From the NCBI GenBank assembly GCA_964236955.1, contig CAXSGP010000032.1, positions 1 to 46,376 of the forward strand: a DNA stretch of 46,376 nt, read 5' to 3'. Under the pieces are notes generated by a model, which saw only the letters and a list, made by a program, of their open reading frames with translations, was not told the origin of the DNA and did not search any database. The position numbers and the translations under genes were made by a program. The stretch comes from an uncultured Oligoflexus sp. (GTDB taxonomy: Bacteria > Bdellovibrionota_B > Oligoflexia > Oligoflexales > Oligoflexaceae). Shown here one piece after another: positions 28,549 to 38,741 of the stretch; the stretch's first letter is position 1, and every line of letters starts with the position of its first letter.

Positions 28549-30397
28549 CATAGGCCTCATTGCAGGTATGCTGTGGATCCTGTCCACCGCCACTGCTTTA
28601 GCGGGCGTTCTAACCGGCGAACTCGATCGATCCGAAGGCACGCTTGAAGACCAATTCGTTTACACCCTGGTTATTCAGGGTGATTTTGAGGGTGACCCCG
28701 AGTTTCCCGCTGTGGCTGGGCTCGAAGCCCGTGCTGCGGGCAAAAGTCAGAATATTTCTATCGTCAACGGCCGATACTCGCGGGAAGTTCAGGTGCAGTT
28801 TGTCTTAATTCCGGACAAAGCCGGAACTTATAATATTCCACCCCTGCATCTTAAGGTTGATTCCAAGGACCTTCAAACGCTGCCTCTGGAATTAAAGGTC
28901 ACCGCGGGCGGAAGCGGAAGCGGAGCTGGATCAGGCAGCGTTGCCAAGGGCTCGGGAGCAGCTGCTGGCGGGGCAGTGAGAGGTGACGATGGTATTTTCG
29001 TTGAGCGTACCTTCTCCAAATCGACGGCTTATGTCGGTGAGGCGATAGCGATAAAATTCAGGGTTTTTAATCGCATTAAGGTCGTCGGCGCTCAACCTGA
29101 AATCAAGTATCCCTCAGCCTTTCAAGTCAAAAATATCGATGGCCAAAAATCCTATAGTCAGGTGCGTGAAGGGGTTGAATATAATGTCACCGAACTTGAT
29201 TCGGTGGTCATCCCGACTCGCGAAGGCGACTTTGCCATCGATCCCGCAATTCTGGTTGCGCGGGTGGCGGTCAGCCGTCGCCAAAGGTCTCGATCTTTTT
29301 TCGAAGATTTGATGGGACCGACCGAACTTCAGGAAAAAAAACTGCGCAGTGAGCCGGCCAATCTTAAGATCTTGCCTTTGCCATTGGAGGGCCGGCGAAA
29401 GGATTTTTCAGGTCTGGTTGGTGCTTTTGAGATGTCGGCTGCCCTCAGTCCCCGTACGGGCAATGCTGGAGACACCCTGAACCTCACGGTCAACGTCCAG
29501 GGTCAAGGCGCCAGCAGTGGCATGTCGGATTTAAGTCTGCCTTTTGACAGCAATGTGGCGAAGGTCTACAAAGACAAGCCCGAGGGCCGCGAAACGCTCG
29601 ATGGCGAAAAAGGGATTAGCTCAGAAAAAACCTTTAAATACGCAATCGTTCCGAAAAATCCCGGACAGTATTCGCTAGGCCGCCTGATCGTTCAGACCTT
29701 CAATCCCGAAAAGGCCGTTTATCAGGATCTCGAGGCTGATTTGGGATCGATTGATATCGGGGGCCAGGCTATCCCCACAGCCCAAGCAACGGGCCAAGCC
29801 AATCCTTCGGCTCTGGCCACGTCCCCCAATGCTCCTCCGGCCGCCGCTAAAGCTGAGCCAAAAACCGTGCCCTTGCTGGGTAAAGATCTCGTTGAACCGC
29901 ATTCGCAAAAATTCCTGACCGGTTCGGACCGGCTTACGCAAGGCGAATGGATTATGGGGGGCATCGTCCTCGCCTTAGGTCTGGGTGGCCTTGGTGCCTC
30001 GGGATTTATTGCGAATAATCGAAGCCCTTCGGAAGACGTCTTGAGGATGCAGCGCGCGAATTCAGCATTTAAAGCTTCGAAGAAGCAGCTGGAGCTCGCC
30101 GCTCAATATCTACAGAAACAGGATCTCGCGGGCGCTCTGCGCATGGCCCAGGTTTGTTTTAAAGATTATACGGGAGCCAAGTTTGGGGTCATCGGAGCAG
30201 CCGTGACCCTGCGTGATATTGAAACTTACCTGCGCAGCAAAGAAGTGGATCGCGATACTCTTTTGGAACTTCGAGAGGTTTGGAGCGCCCTGGACCAAAT
30301 GATTTATGCACCGCCTTTGGGGCAAAACCCGATCCGCGGCGAGGAACTTCTGGTAAAAACCCGAAAAGTCTTAGAGCAGATGGAGCGCCAATGTTAA
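28532..30397 (+). CDS. BatD family protein
   Basis: SQNISIVNG, P.KAGTYNIPP, AYVGE, LPLP...FSGLVG.F; C-terminal TM and helical tail. Confidence 0.85.
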   Translation: MVKIGSIGLIAGMLWILSTATALAGVLTGELDRSEGTLEDQFVYTLVIQGDFEGDPEFPAVAGLEARAAGKSQNISIVNGRYSREVQVQFVLIPDKAGTYNIPPLHLKVDSKDLQTLPLELKVTAGGSGSGAGSGSVAKGSGAAAGGAVRGDDGIFVERTFSKSTAYVGEAIAIKFRVFNRIKVVGAQPEIKYPSAFQVKNIDGQKSYSQVREGVEYNVTELDSVVIPTREGDFAIDPAILVARVAVSRRQRSRSFFEDLMGPTELQEKKLRSEPANLKILPLPLEGRRKDFSGLVGAFEMSAALSPRTGNAGDTLNLTVNVQGQGASSGMSDLSLPFDSNVAKVYKDKPEGRETLDGEKGISSEKTFKYAIVPKNPGQYSLGRLIVQTFNPEKAVYQDLEADLGSIDIGGQAIPTAQATGQANPSALATSPNAPPAAAKAEPKTVPLLGKDLVEPHSQKFLTGSDRLTQGEWIMGGIVLALGLGGLGASGFIANNRSPSEDVLRMQRANSAFKASKKQLELAAQYLQKQDLAGALRMAQVCFKDYTGAKFGVIGAAVTLRDIETYLRSKEVDRDTLLELREVWSALDQMIYAPPLGQNPIRGEELLVKTRKVLEQMERQC

Positions 30398-31179
30398 GGA
30401 TTTTGAAATTTTACCTCGGGGCTGCCATTGTGATCTTGACCGGGGCAGGTCCGTTACAGGCGAATACCTTGGAAAAGGCTCAGGCAGCCTATCAATCGGG
30501 TCAATATAAAAAAGCTGCGGATCTTTATCTCCAACTTGTCGAAGCTTCGGCAACGCCGACTGCCAGTGTTTTTCATAACCTTGGGTTAGCCTTTGGTCGG
30601 CAACAGGAATTAGGTCCGGCTGTAGCGTCCTATCTTCGGGCGCTACAGCTGCAGCCGCGACAAGGTGACTTTCAATACAACCTGCATTTTCTCCTGGGTC
30701 AGGCCCAGGATAAACTTGATGGTAATTTTCCAAGGCCAGCGGCAGCGAGAGTGCTGATGGGAAACTGGACGAGCGAACGTGAGCTTTATTATTTGACTCT
30801 GGGGTTTTTTCTGCTTACGGCAGGTAGTTTCAGTTATGCGCTTCTGCGCAAGAATTTCCAGAGCAGTGCATTCAGTGCGGGCGGGGTGTTTCTGCTGTTG
30901 ACGATCTATTTAGCTGTGAGTTTTGTCTATAAATTGCGTTTCACCCCCGATCAGGGCGCGGTGGTCGTTTCTAAACTTGAGGCTTATTCGGGCCCCACTC
31001 AATCAGTCGTTATTTTCGAGTTACATGCCGGAGCGCCTTTTCAAATTTTGGAAACGAGTGGCGAATGGGTGAAAATCGAACTCTCCGACCAAAAACGCGG
31101 TTGGGTACGTACCGATGGAATTGCAAGCTTTGGCAGTGAACACATGATCTTGCCTCCGCCACTGAGTTCAAAATCCTGA
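30391..31179 (+). CDS. BatE-like TPR-TM-SH3 protein
   Basis: AQAAYQSGQY, HNLG, A...YLRAL.L.PR, two TMs, SGP...FELHAG...W..IEL...RGWV SH3b; start moved to ATG at 30391. Confidence 0.85.
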   Translation: MLRILKFYLGAAIVILTGAGPLQANTLEKAQAAYQSGQYKKAADLYLQLVEASATPTASVFHNLGLAFGRQQELGPAVASYLRALQLQPRQGDFQYNLHFLLGQAQDKLDGNFPRPAAARVLMGNWTSERELYYLTLGFFLLTAGSFSYALLRKNFQSSAFSAGGVFLLLTIYLAVSFVYKLRFTPDQGAVVVSKLEAYSGPTQSVVIFELHAGAPFQILETSGEWVKIELSDQKRGWVRTDGIASFGSEHMILPPPLSSKS

Positions 31180-31302
31180 ATTCACACGCGTACCTGGGTT
31201 TCCATAGTTCTCATAGTTCAATTTTTTGGCTTCCTCGCCAGAAACCCGCCATGCTATTCTAACTGGAATGAAGATCACTTTCCCCTAGCACCTGGTACAC
31301 AC

Positions 31303-33657
31303 ATGAATCGACTGCATCTCAGTACTCTGGGATTTCTCGCCGTCACTGGATTAAGTCAGCGCCTCTACGCTCCAACGCCTCCTGAGAATCAGTCGCTACG
31401 CGAGATTCGTGCGGGCGTTCGTCAGGCGGACGAAGCATTTGATAAATGGATAGGCGCCATGCAGAATGGTTCGTCACCTCTGCTCCTTTCGGATGCTGAG
31501 TATCAGAAGAGCGCGAAATCCATGGATGACTACACACGTTTGATGTGGGACGTGCGACGGGGAGCGGGGCACAGGGGCGGTGGGGAAAAGGCCCTCAAGT
31601 TCATAGAGGCCAATGAAAAGGAGCTTAAAGATGCTCCGATGTTTCCCTATCTTGCTCAGTCTCTACTCGAAAGTGGTGAACTCAATCGGTCGCAGCAGCA
31701 GGATGTTGAGAGTCTTGTTCTTGAGAATGGTGGGGTAAGTTGCCCCCGCAAAAGAGTTCTGCTGAAAGAAATGCGTGGCAGTGAAAAAGCTCAATTGAAA
31801 AAGGATACCGCTACCCGTTTCCTATCAATGATAGAGGAATTTCGTTCGCCCCAATTTCAAGAGGAAGCGTTGCGAACCCTTATCTATCGCTTGGACGAAT
31901 CGACGGTAAAGGATATGCGCAAGCTCCTGGTACAGGCGATTGCGCCCTTTCCTCGCCTGGTCAGCAGCTATCCCGACTTATTTGAAGAAAAAATAGAGCT
32001 GATGCAGCCAAGTGCGGTAAAAACCCATACGGATCTCGCGGATAGAGCTTCAAAAGACGAGTTGTGCGACAAAGCTCAGCGGGAATTGCTCCTCGGCATA
32101 CAGGAAGACAAAGAGAAAAAATTTCTAAATCTAATCGATTTGAGCGGATCTAAGCTCGAATCCTGCTGGCGCGGCAAAGGTGACAAGCATCGGCTTGTTT
32201 ACTGGGAAGAGATGGAGCCGGCCCTCAAAGCCCGTTATGGCTTTTTAGGGGAGGCTCTTGCCAAACGCAAAAGGGCTCTTATTCTCTGGGGCCGAAACGA
32301 ATTCGAACAATCGCGCGCTATTCTTGAAGATCTCCTCGCCCACTCGGCAAAAGACTTTCCCGATGTTCATGCCGACGCGTTATTCACCTATGCCCGTATC
32401 GTGGAAAACGAAGGAAAGTTTGAAGAAGCTGAACTGAAATTCAAGAATTTTGTTGAACTTTATCCGAAAGACGAGAAGGTTAACGAGGCATTGAGCGAGA
32501 CTGTGATCATTGCCACCATTCAAAAACAAACCGACGACGCCCTCGCAGCTGCCATCAATCTGATCGATAACGAGACAAGAAAACCTACTAACGACCGTGA
32601 TGGCTCGACCTTGCCAATGGCCCTCTATTGGGCAGGCAAAATTTATTATGAAAAGGATCAGAAAAAACGCGCGGAGTTCTTCTGGCAACGTCTGGCCCAG
32701 GAGTTCTATTCAACCTTTTACGGGGCGCTTGGGCAACTGGCACTTGAAAAAATGAATAACCGTACTTATTTCCTTCCACCCATGCAGGTGCCCGTCTTCA
32801 GTCGCAGCGAAATGCTCAAGGATTTTCAAAAGAGCGACCGGGCGATTCTGGACCGAACCGAAAACCTTTTAGCCGGCGGTCTCAAGTCGGAAGCGAGTTG
32901 CGAAATCAATGAGATTCCACTCGGCGCCAATAATGATCATAGGCTCTTGGCAAAAGCTATTTTTCAGTATGCTTCCGGTGATTTTCTCGCGGCGGTGAAG
33001 AGCTATCAAAACCTCTCGAAGGCCTATCGCGTGACTTTGCCGAAAGGTATGGAGCGAATTCTCTTTCCACGAAGTTTTGTCCCGCTGATCGATCACTATG
33101 CAAAAAAACTTGGTGTCGATCCCCATTATGTGAACGCCATCATTCGTCAGGAAAGTGTGTTTAACCCTAAGGCGCAGTCGCCGGTGGGTGCTCGTGGCCT
33201 AATGCAGATGATGCCGGGAACGGCTCGCATGGAAGCACGGGGCCTGGAGCCGCATTATGTGGATGCCGACAAGTCGTCGCTCGTTTCAGGGGCCCTTGCT
33301 GACGAGAAAAACCTTTCAGATCCCGAAACAAATGTCATGTTGGGCGTTCATCATGTCAGTCGCCTGCTGCAAAAGTATAAGCACCCGGTGTTTGTGTTGA
33401 CGAGTTATAATGCTAATCCTCGGGCGACCGAGCGATGGCTGGGTTCAATCGACAGTACCGATCTTATCTTGTTTATCGAGCGAATTCCTTATAAGGAAAC
33501 CCGTTCTTACGTCAAGCTCGTGATGAGGAATTATTTCTACTATAAAAGATGGTATGAAGGCCCCCAATCCAATATGGCTTTGATGGAGGCCCTGCTTCCG
33601 ACCCGTTTGATCAGTGAGTCGAAAAAAAACCCCGAAATGCAGACTTCGATGCGTTGA
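31303..33657 (+). CDS. Soluble lytic transglycosylase (Slt) with TPR-like region
   Basis: IIRQESVFNPKAQSPVGARGLMQMMP, SYNA, FIERIPYKETRSYVK. Confidence 0.9.
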   Translation: MNRLHLSTLGFLAVTGLSQRLYAPTPPENQSLREIRAGVRQADEAFDKWIGAMQNGSSPLLLSDAEYQKSAKSMDDYTRLMWDVRRGAGHRGGGEKALKFIEANEKELKDAPMFPYLAQSLLESGELNRSQQQDVESLVLENGGVSCPRKRVLLKEMRGSEKAQLKKDTATRFLSMIEEFRSPQFQEEALRTLIYRLDESTVKDMRKLLVQAIAPFPRLVSSYPDLFEEKIELMQPSAVKTHTDLADRASKDELCDKAQRELLLGIQEDKEKKFLNLIDLSGSKLESCWRGKGDKHRLVYWEEMEPALKARYGFLGEALAKRKRALILWGRNEFEQSRAILEDLLAHSAKDFPDVHADALFTYARIVENEGKFEEAELKFKNFVELYPKDEKVNEALSETVIIATIQKQTDDALAAAINLIDNETRKPTNDRDGSTLPMALYWAGKIYYEKDQKKRAEFFWQRLAQEFYSTFYGALGQLALEKMNNRTYFLPPMQVPVFSRSEMLKDFQKSDRAILDRTENLLAGGLKSEASCEINEIPLGANNDHRLLAKAIFQYASGDFLAAVKSYQNLSKAYRVTLPKGMERILFPRSFVPLIDHYAKKLGVDPHYVNAIIRQESVFNPKAQSPVGARGLMQMMPGTARMEARGLEPHYVDADKSSLVSGALADEKNLSDPETNVMLGVHHVSRLLQKYKHPVFVLTSYNANPRATERWLGSIDSTDLILFIERIPYKETRSYVKLVMRNYFYYKRWYEGPQSNMALMEALLPTRLISESKKNPEMQTSMR

Positions 33658-33836
33658 CTTGCTTTTGTCTTGGCAAAAAGACCTTCGACATCTGGTCCTT
33701 CGGTCTTTTTGAAGACGACTTTCCCTGGGCGCTGGCTATCACGCCTGGGGATTTTTCGGGTAAAAGTGACGAGGATGAAAGTCCGGCTGAGGCCCAGAGC
33801 ATGCCGATCGGACATTGATAGCGTTCTCTCCCGATT

Positions 33837-34475
33837 TCAAACCACAGCCCCGGGTTGATTATGCGGCGCCGCTTGATCACAGGAGCTTGTTTTCAGAGCT
33901 CTTTCGTAGAGGGCCAGGGCAAGTGGAAATCGGCTCATATCGACATTGACCCGATGTGCATTGTAGACCTGGGGCACCACAAAAAGATCGGCCATAGTCA
34001 GGGTGTCGCCAAAACAATGGCTGCCAGAATTTTTCCGCAGCATCGTCTCCACCGGTATCATACCCTCATCAATGAAATGACGACTCCACTCGTTTTTCTT
34101 TTCCATTTCCTTCGAGTAATAGCCGGTGACCCGCAGGTTGCCGATCGGCTGTATCCCTGAACTCACCATCGCGCAGACGCTGCGAATTTCAGCGCGGCGC
34201 CAGGGATCCTTGGGAAGGAGAGCCGGCATCGGATAAACTTCTTCAAGCCATTCAATAATGGCTGTCGATTCGGAAAGTACCCGGTCGCCGACGAGCAGAC
34301 AGGGCACCTGGCCGGCGGGGTTGACCTTGAGAAAGGAAAGCTCGCTCTGTTCGTTTTTAAGGAGATTGATGGGATGTGATTTATAAGCAACGCCTTTAAG
34401 ATGCAAGGCCCAACGCACCCGCCAGGAACTGGAGGAACGCCAGTAGTGATAAAGCTCTATTTGTGATTCGTTCAT
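33837..34475 (-). CDS. maiA: Maleylacetoacetate isomerase (GST zeta class)
   Basis: LYHYWRSSSSWRVR, SGIQP.GNLRV, PQVYNA.R, AAPHNQP. Confidence 0.92.
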   Translation of the reverse strand: MNESQIELYHYWRSSSSWRVRWALHLKGVAYKSHPINLLKNEQSELSFLKVNPAGQVPCLLVGDRVLSESTAIIEWLEEVYPMPALLPKDPWRRAEIRSVCAMVSSGIQPIGNLRVTGYYSKEMEKKNEWSRHFIDEGMIPVETMLRKNSGSHCFGDTLTMADLFVVPQVYNAHRVNVDMSRFPLALALYERALKTSSCDQAAPHNQPGAVV

Positions 34476-34489
34476 ATTGATGAAGATAC

Positions 34490-36040
34490 CTACTCTTTGG
34501 ATTTGATGATTTTGTGATAACTGGATTCCAGCTTTCGTAGTTCTTCCACGGTTTTTAAAGCAAAGCCATAGCGAACTGTCTTAGCCGAATACACTTTATG
34601 CCGTTCGCGCAGGCGTCTAAGGGTATTTTGAAAGGCTACTTCAATCATTTGAGGTCTAATTTTAGGTTTTAAGGGTGAGCCCGCCATCATGCGCGCACAT
34701 TCCTCATCCGGTTGAAAAACAATGAAATCGACATCTGGATATTGTTCCGAGACGGCTCGAAAATTGGTTTCAAATCGCGTTGACACCAGCCCTTTGATCA
34801 TCTGCAGGAGGGAGAAGTAGCCGCCTTTGATATCGGAGTTGCCCGCGGTATTGGAGCGCAGGGGCTTCATCGGGTCGATCACAAAAACCAGCGAGGCCCC
34901 ATCCTCGACGACCGACTCGAGATCGCAGCTTTTGGTTACCTGGCCATCGATATAGTAACGATCACCAATCGCTTTGGGGGTAAACAGTGGGGGAATCGAA
35001 CAGGATGCTCGTACGGCCGCCGAGATGGCAACGTTGTCATAGGGCGCTTTACCAAGGATCACATGGTCAAAGGTATCGTGATCGGTAGCGCCGATGTAGA
35101 GGTTGGTACCGAGTTCATCGAAGCGGTCGCCGATTCCATGGTCGGCAAATAGTCCATGCAGATAGGCTTCCAGCCGTTCCCCTTTAAAAAATCCGGTGGG
35201 AATCGATTCCAGCGTCGATTCCAGCCATTGACTCGGCTTGACCTTGCGCATGCGCAGGGACGTATTGAACACACGTTTGATGATATCAAAGCCGGCCAGA
35301 TCGAAAAGAGTCGAGACCTTTAACGGCGGATATTTGGATTTCATATCCAACACACCGAGGATCAGTTCTTCGACTTCGATACCGTTCGCTACCATTGAAC
35401 CGATCAAGCTGCCGGAACTGATGCCGGAAATCGAATCACAGGAGTAGATATCGCGCCCGGTAAAGGCATGTTTGAGAGCTAAAACTGTGCCCGCCTGATA
35501 CAGAAGACCTTCCATCGCGCCACCGCTCAAAGCCATGCCGATCTTATTGTGTTTGACGACACCCGCATAGAGGAGGGCATGCAGCCAACGCAAAACCAAA
35601 GCGGTTTTTTTCGGTTCCACAAGGACATCACGAACATTCAAGCGACCGAGCGAAAAGATCCGGTGGTCGACATCGGAACTTGACCTGAGAACGGTGACGA
35701 TGCGCGACATGGGGAAATGAAAGTCCGGACCCCATAGCTGCGCCAGGGAATGAACGTCCCGCGCAATCTGATAAATACCTTGCAGCGCTTCTTTGCCGTC
35801 ATTGCCGCGTTCATCGTAAACGAGGAGATCAACCGGATGATGGCGAAGGAAAGGAGTCACGCCATCGATATCGCTGAGCAGGTAAATGCGTAAAATGATA
35901 CCCTTGAGCAGACGGTGCTCAAGTTCGTAGGTCTGCGTTATCGCGTTGTCATCGATGGCTTTCGCTCCCAGCCTTTCGATGGCGCTGGCGATTCCCTCGA
36001 GGCGTGACGGAGACATTACGTATAATAGGTGCTGACGCAT
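34490..36040 (-). CDS. Patatin-like phospholipase/esterase with N-terminal receiver-like domain
   Basis: LSGGAMEG, GISSG, ASCSIP, YIDGQ; start placed at ATG 36040, 1 bp after the dsbD stop. Confidence 0.8.
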   Translation of the reverse strand: MRQHLLYVMSPSRLEGIASAIERLGAKAIDDNAITQTYELEHRLLKGIILRIYLLSDIDGVTPFLRHHPVDLLVYDERGNDGKEALQGIYQIARDVHSLAQLWGPDFHFPMSRIVTVLRSSSDVDHRIFSLGRLNVRDVLVEPKKTALVLRWLHALLYAGVVKHNKIGMALSGGAMEGLLYQAGTVLALKHAFTGRDIYSCDSISGISSGSLIGSMVANGIEVEELILGVLDMKSKYPPLKVSTLFDLAGFDIIKRVFNTSLRMRKVKPSQWLESTLESIPTGFFKGERLEAYLHGLFADHGIGDRFDELGTNLYIGATDHDTFDHVILGKAPYDNVAISAAVRASCSIPPLFTPKAIGDRYYIDGQVTKSCDLESVVEDGASLVFVIDPMKPLRSNTAGNSDIKGGYFSLLQMIKGLVSTRFETNFRAVSEQYPDVDFIVFQPDEECARMMAGSPLKPKIRPQMIEVAFQNTLRRLRERHKVYSAKTVRYGFALKTVEELRKLESSYHKIIKSKE

Positions 36041-36041
36041 C

Positions 36042-37868
36042 TTATTGTCCTTGGAACGACTTGAGCTCTTGGATGAGGCGCTCACTGGAAACATATCCGG
36101 TAAGCTTCTTGGCTTTACTGAGATCACCATTCGCCGGAATCATGACCAAGGTTGGAAGCCCTGGCATATCGTATTTATGTGCCAATGCTGCATTTTCGTC
36201 GTTGATTTCGGTTAAGTCTAGCTTAACGAACACCCAATTCTGTTTCAGCAAGGAAATGACTTCGGGCTCGTGAAAAGTCGATTGATCCATCTTCTTGCAG
36301 GCAATGCACCAATCGGCCCAGCCGTCAATGACGACAGGACGATTTTGTTCTTTCGCCAAAGCGAAACCTTCCGTTTCGGATTTGATCCAATGCAATTCCG
36401 AGACCAGGTCGGTGCCGGTGGCCCATTGCACCGCCGCAAAGATGCCGAGGCCAAATACTATCGTCGGCAGAAGTTGGGTCGCCTTATGATGCATAAGCGA
36501 GGCTTTGCTCAGTATCCACAGCATTCCAAGGGAGCCGACGGCCAGAAGGCCGAGCGCGAGCCATTGCCAGTAGCCTTGAACCGCATGCAGTGAGGCATAG
36601 GCCACGTTTTTAAGATAGTAGGCGGCGAGCCCAAACATACCCGCCGCGAAGAGCATTTTGGTGGCGACTTGAATTTTGGGGCTAAGCTTAAAGCTTTTTA
36701 CGTGATCGGCAGCCATGCCGATGAAGACGTAGGGTAGGGCGAAGCCAAGACTGTAAAGGAAAAAGAGCAGGGTCGGTTGCCAGGGATTGGCAAAGTGGGC
36801 GCTCGAAGCGATAAGAGCGCCCATGATCGGTCCCGTACACGGCGCGGCAACGAGGCCGGCTCCGGCTCCCATGCCAAGCGAGTTGAGTGAGGAGGCCCGA
36901 CCCGATCCCAGGGAAGCGCCTAGATTCTGCAAGCGCGAGAGATTGCCAAAGCCAAGCATGGTGATGGCAAGTACGGCGAAGACCACAGCAAAGCCCAGAT
37001 TGACCCATGGGTTGGCCAAGATCGAACCAAAGACCTCGCCTGAAAGCGAGGCCAAAACTCCAAGGGCGGTATAAGTCAGGATAATCCCGGCAGCATAGAG
37101 CAGCGTCCCCTCCTTAGGCTTGTGCCCGTCGCGGGCGAGAAGTCGAAGGGTGATGGGGATCATGGGAAAGACACAGGGGGTGAGATTGGTGGCAAGACCG
37201 CCGATGAAAACGACTAGCAAAAGAACAGCAAAGGGTAAGGCACCGGCCTTTAGTTTTTCGGCATATTCTTCCTCCAGACTGAGGCCTTTGATCATCGCAG
37301 CAGCCGACTGGCCTTGAGCAGGGCTTAGCGCGGGGGCCGCGGCGGCGCTCTCGGCGGCTGATGTCGCCTCGCCTGACATCGATTGTTCGGCGCTCAGATA
37401 AACGGGGATCTTAAGTTCCTGGGTAAAGGGAAATAAACATATTTTATGGGTGCAGCCGAGAAAGGTGACGAAGACCGAAACGGTTCCGGAATTGATAGGT
37501 TTGCCGCCTAGCAGTTCGATTTCAAAGTCCCCGCCGTCATAGACATCGGTCTCCCCTTCGCCCATGGGGTCCTTTTGCCTGCGACTCTCGGGCGCCGATT
37601 TCATCGTCACCGCATAGCCGGCAGGCCCCCTTATCTCAAGTTTATCTTTGTATATAGTAAATTGATCCTTGGTGCCGAGGCGCAAGGCGACCAGAAGGTG
37701 GCCGGTGCCATCGCTCAGAGCCTGAACCGGAGTCCATTGGATGACGTCGGTAGGTTGAATATCGAGGTCGGCTTTGCCTTGTAAGGCAAGCTCCTGGCCG
37801 AATACTTCGGACGTAATGAAAGAGGCAAAGCTTGAAAAGAACAGGAACGCTAAGAGTGGCTTCAGCAC
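36042..37868 (-). CDS. dsbD: Protein-disulfide reductase DsbD (alpha, beta and gamma domains)
   Basis: GCTHKICLFP, LTPCVFPM, APCTGP, ADWCIACK. Confidence 0.92.
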   Translation of the reverse strand: MLKPLLAFLFFSSFASFITSEVFGQELALQGKADLDIQPTDVIQWTPVQALSDGTGHLLVALRLGTKDQFTIYKDKLEIRGPAGYAVTMKSAPESRRQKDPMGEGETDVYDGGDFEIELLGGKPINSGTVSVFVTFLGCTHKICLFPFTQELKIPVYLSAEQSMSGEATSAAESAAAAPALSPAQGQSAAAMIKGLSLEEEYAEKLKAGALPFAVLLLVVFIGGLATNLTPCVFPMIPITLRLLARDGHKPKEGTLLYAAGIILTYTALGVLASLSGEVFGSILANPWVNLGFAVVFAVLAITMLGFGNLSRLQNLGASLGSGRASSLNSLGMGAGAGLVAAPCTGPIMGALIASSAHFANPWQPTLLFFLYSLGFALPYVFIGMAADHVKSFKLSPKIQVATKMLFAAGMFGLAAYYLKNVAYASLHAVQGYWQWLALGLLAVGSLGMLWILSKASLMHHKATQLLPTIVFGLGIFAAVQWATGTDLVSELHWIKSETEGFALAKEQNRPVVIDGWADWCIACKKMDQSTFHEPEVISLLKQNWVFVKLDLTEINDENAALAHKYDMPGLPTLVMIPANGDLSKAKKLTGYVSSERLIQELKSFQGQ

Positions 37869-37985
37869 GATATCTCCTTCGGCTACAGTACTTAACCTTT
37901 ATAGCGAAGCCAGACGCCTTGGGAAAGGCTCAGCGTATAGAATGCCAAAAATACGCATAAAAGCCTGAGATTAGCTAAAGTTTGC

Positions 37986-38014
37986 TTGACTCATAGCGGG
38001 CTTTCCCGTAGTAG
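37986..38014 (+). promoter_or_regulatory. Candidate sigma70 promoter for rplX
   Basis: TTGACT-17 bp-TAGTAG. Confidence 0.4.
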
Positions 38015-38093
38015 AGAAGTTCCTTCACGCCGGAAGTGCCAAGAAATTGGGTTCGTTTCGGATCGTTAATCCAAAAAATGTGGATTCTTAAAA

Positions 38094-38441
38094 ATGGCGC
38101 AGCAAACACAGAAGACCAAATACCAAGCAAAATTCCGCCTTAAAAAAGGTGATGAAGTCGTAATCCTTACTGGTGCTGACCGAGGCAAAAAAGGCAAGAT
38201 CGACAGAGTCGATTTCAAACGCAATGCCGTTTTTGTTGCCAACCTCAACATTCAAAAGAAACATACCCGTCCTGGTGCTAACGGCGAAGCCGGTGGTATC
38301 CTCGACAAAGTTGCTTCGATCCATATCAGCAACGTTTCTCTAGCTGATCCAAAATCGGGTAAAGCGACTCGCGTTGGACTTAAAGTTGAAAACGGCAAAA
38401 AAGTCCGTTTTGCCAAGGCCTCAGGCCAGACCATCGCTTAA
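38094..38441 (+). CDS. rplX: 50S ribosomal protein L24
   Basis: LKKGDEVVILTGADRGKKG KOW motif, KKHTRP, GGI, IHISNV, TRVG, KVRFAK. Confidence 0.96.
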   Translation: MAQQTQKTKYQAKFRLKKGDEVVILTGADRGKKGKIDRVDFKRNAVFVANLNIQKKHTRPGANGEAGGILDKVASIHISNVSLADPKSGKATRVGLKVENGKKVRFAKASGQTIA

Positions 38442-38461
38442 TTTACACTTTTCCTTCTATC

Positions 38462-38499
38462 AAAAGCAGCCTTCGTTTCGACACGAAGTCTGCTTTTTT
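38462..38499 (+). terminator. Intrinsic terminator after rplX
   Basis: AAAAGCAG-CTTCGT / ACGAAG-CTGCTTTT hairpin with T6. Confidence 0.8.
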
Positions 38500-38741
38500 C
38501 ATTTGGGGTGAAATACTTGCAGGGCAAGGCGTTGCATTCGTATGCCTCGCCTTATCCATTTCCATTAATGCTGACCGGTCATTGTCATAAGCCAGCAAAG
38601 GCTTGGAAGCTGAGCTTTCTAGGGCACGAAAGTCATTGGTAAAAAACTGAGCTTTTAGTTGCTTCGTATTGCCAAACCGTGGTGTAATAAGGCCGTAATT
38701 TTTTCGATATTTGTCCGTTAATCGGCCGCAGTAGGTGTCGA

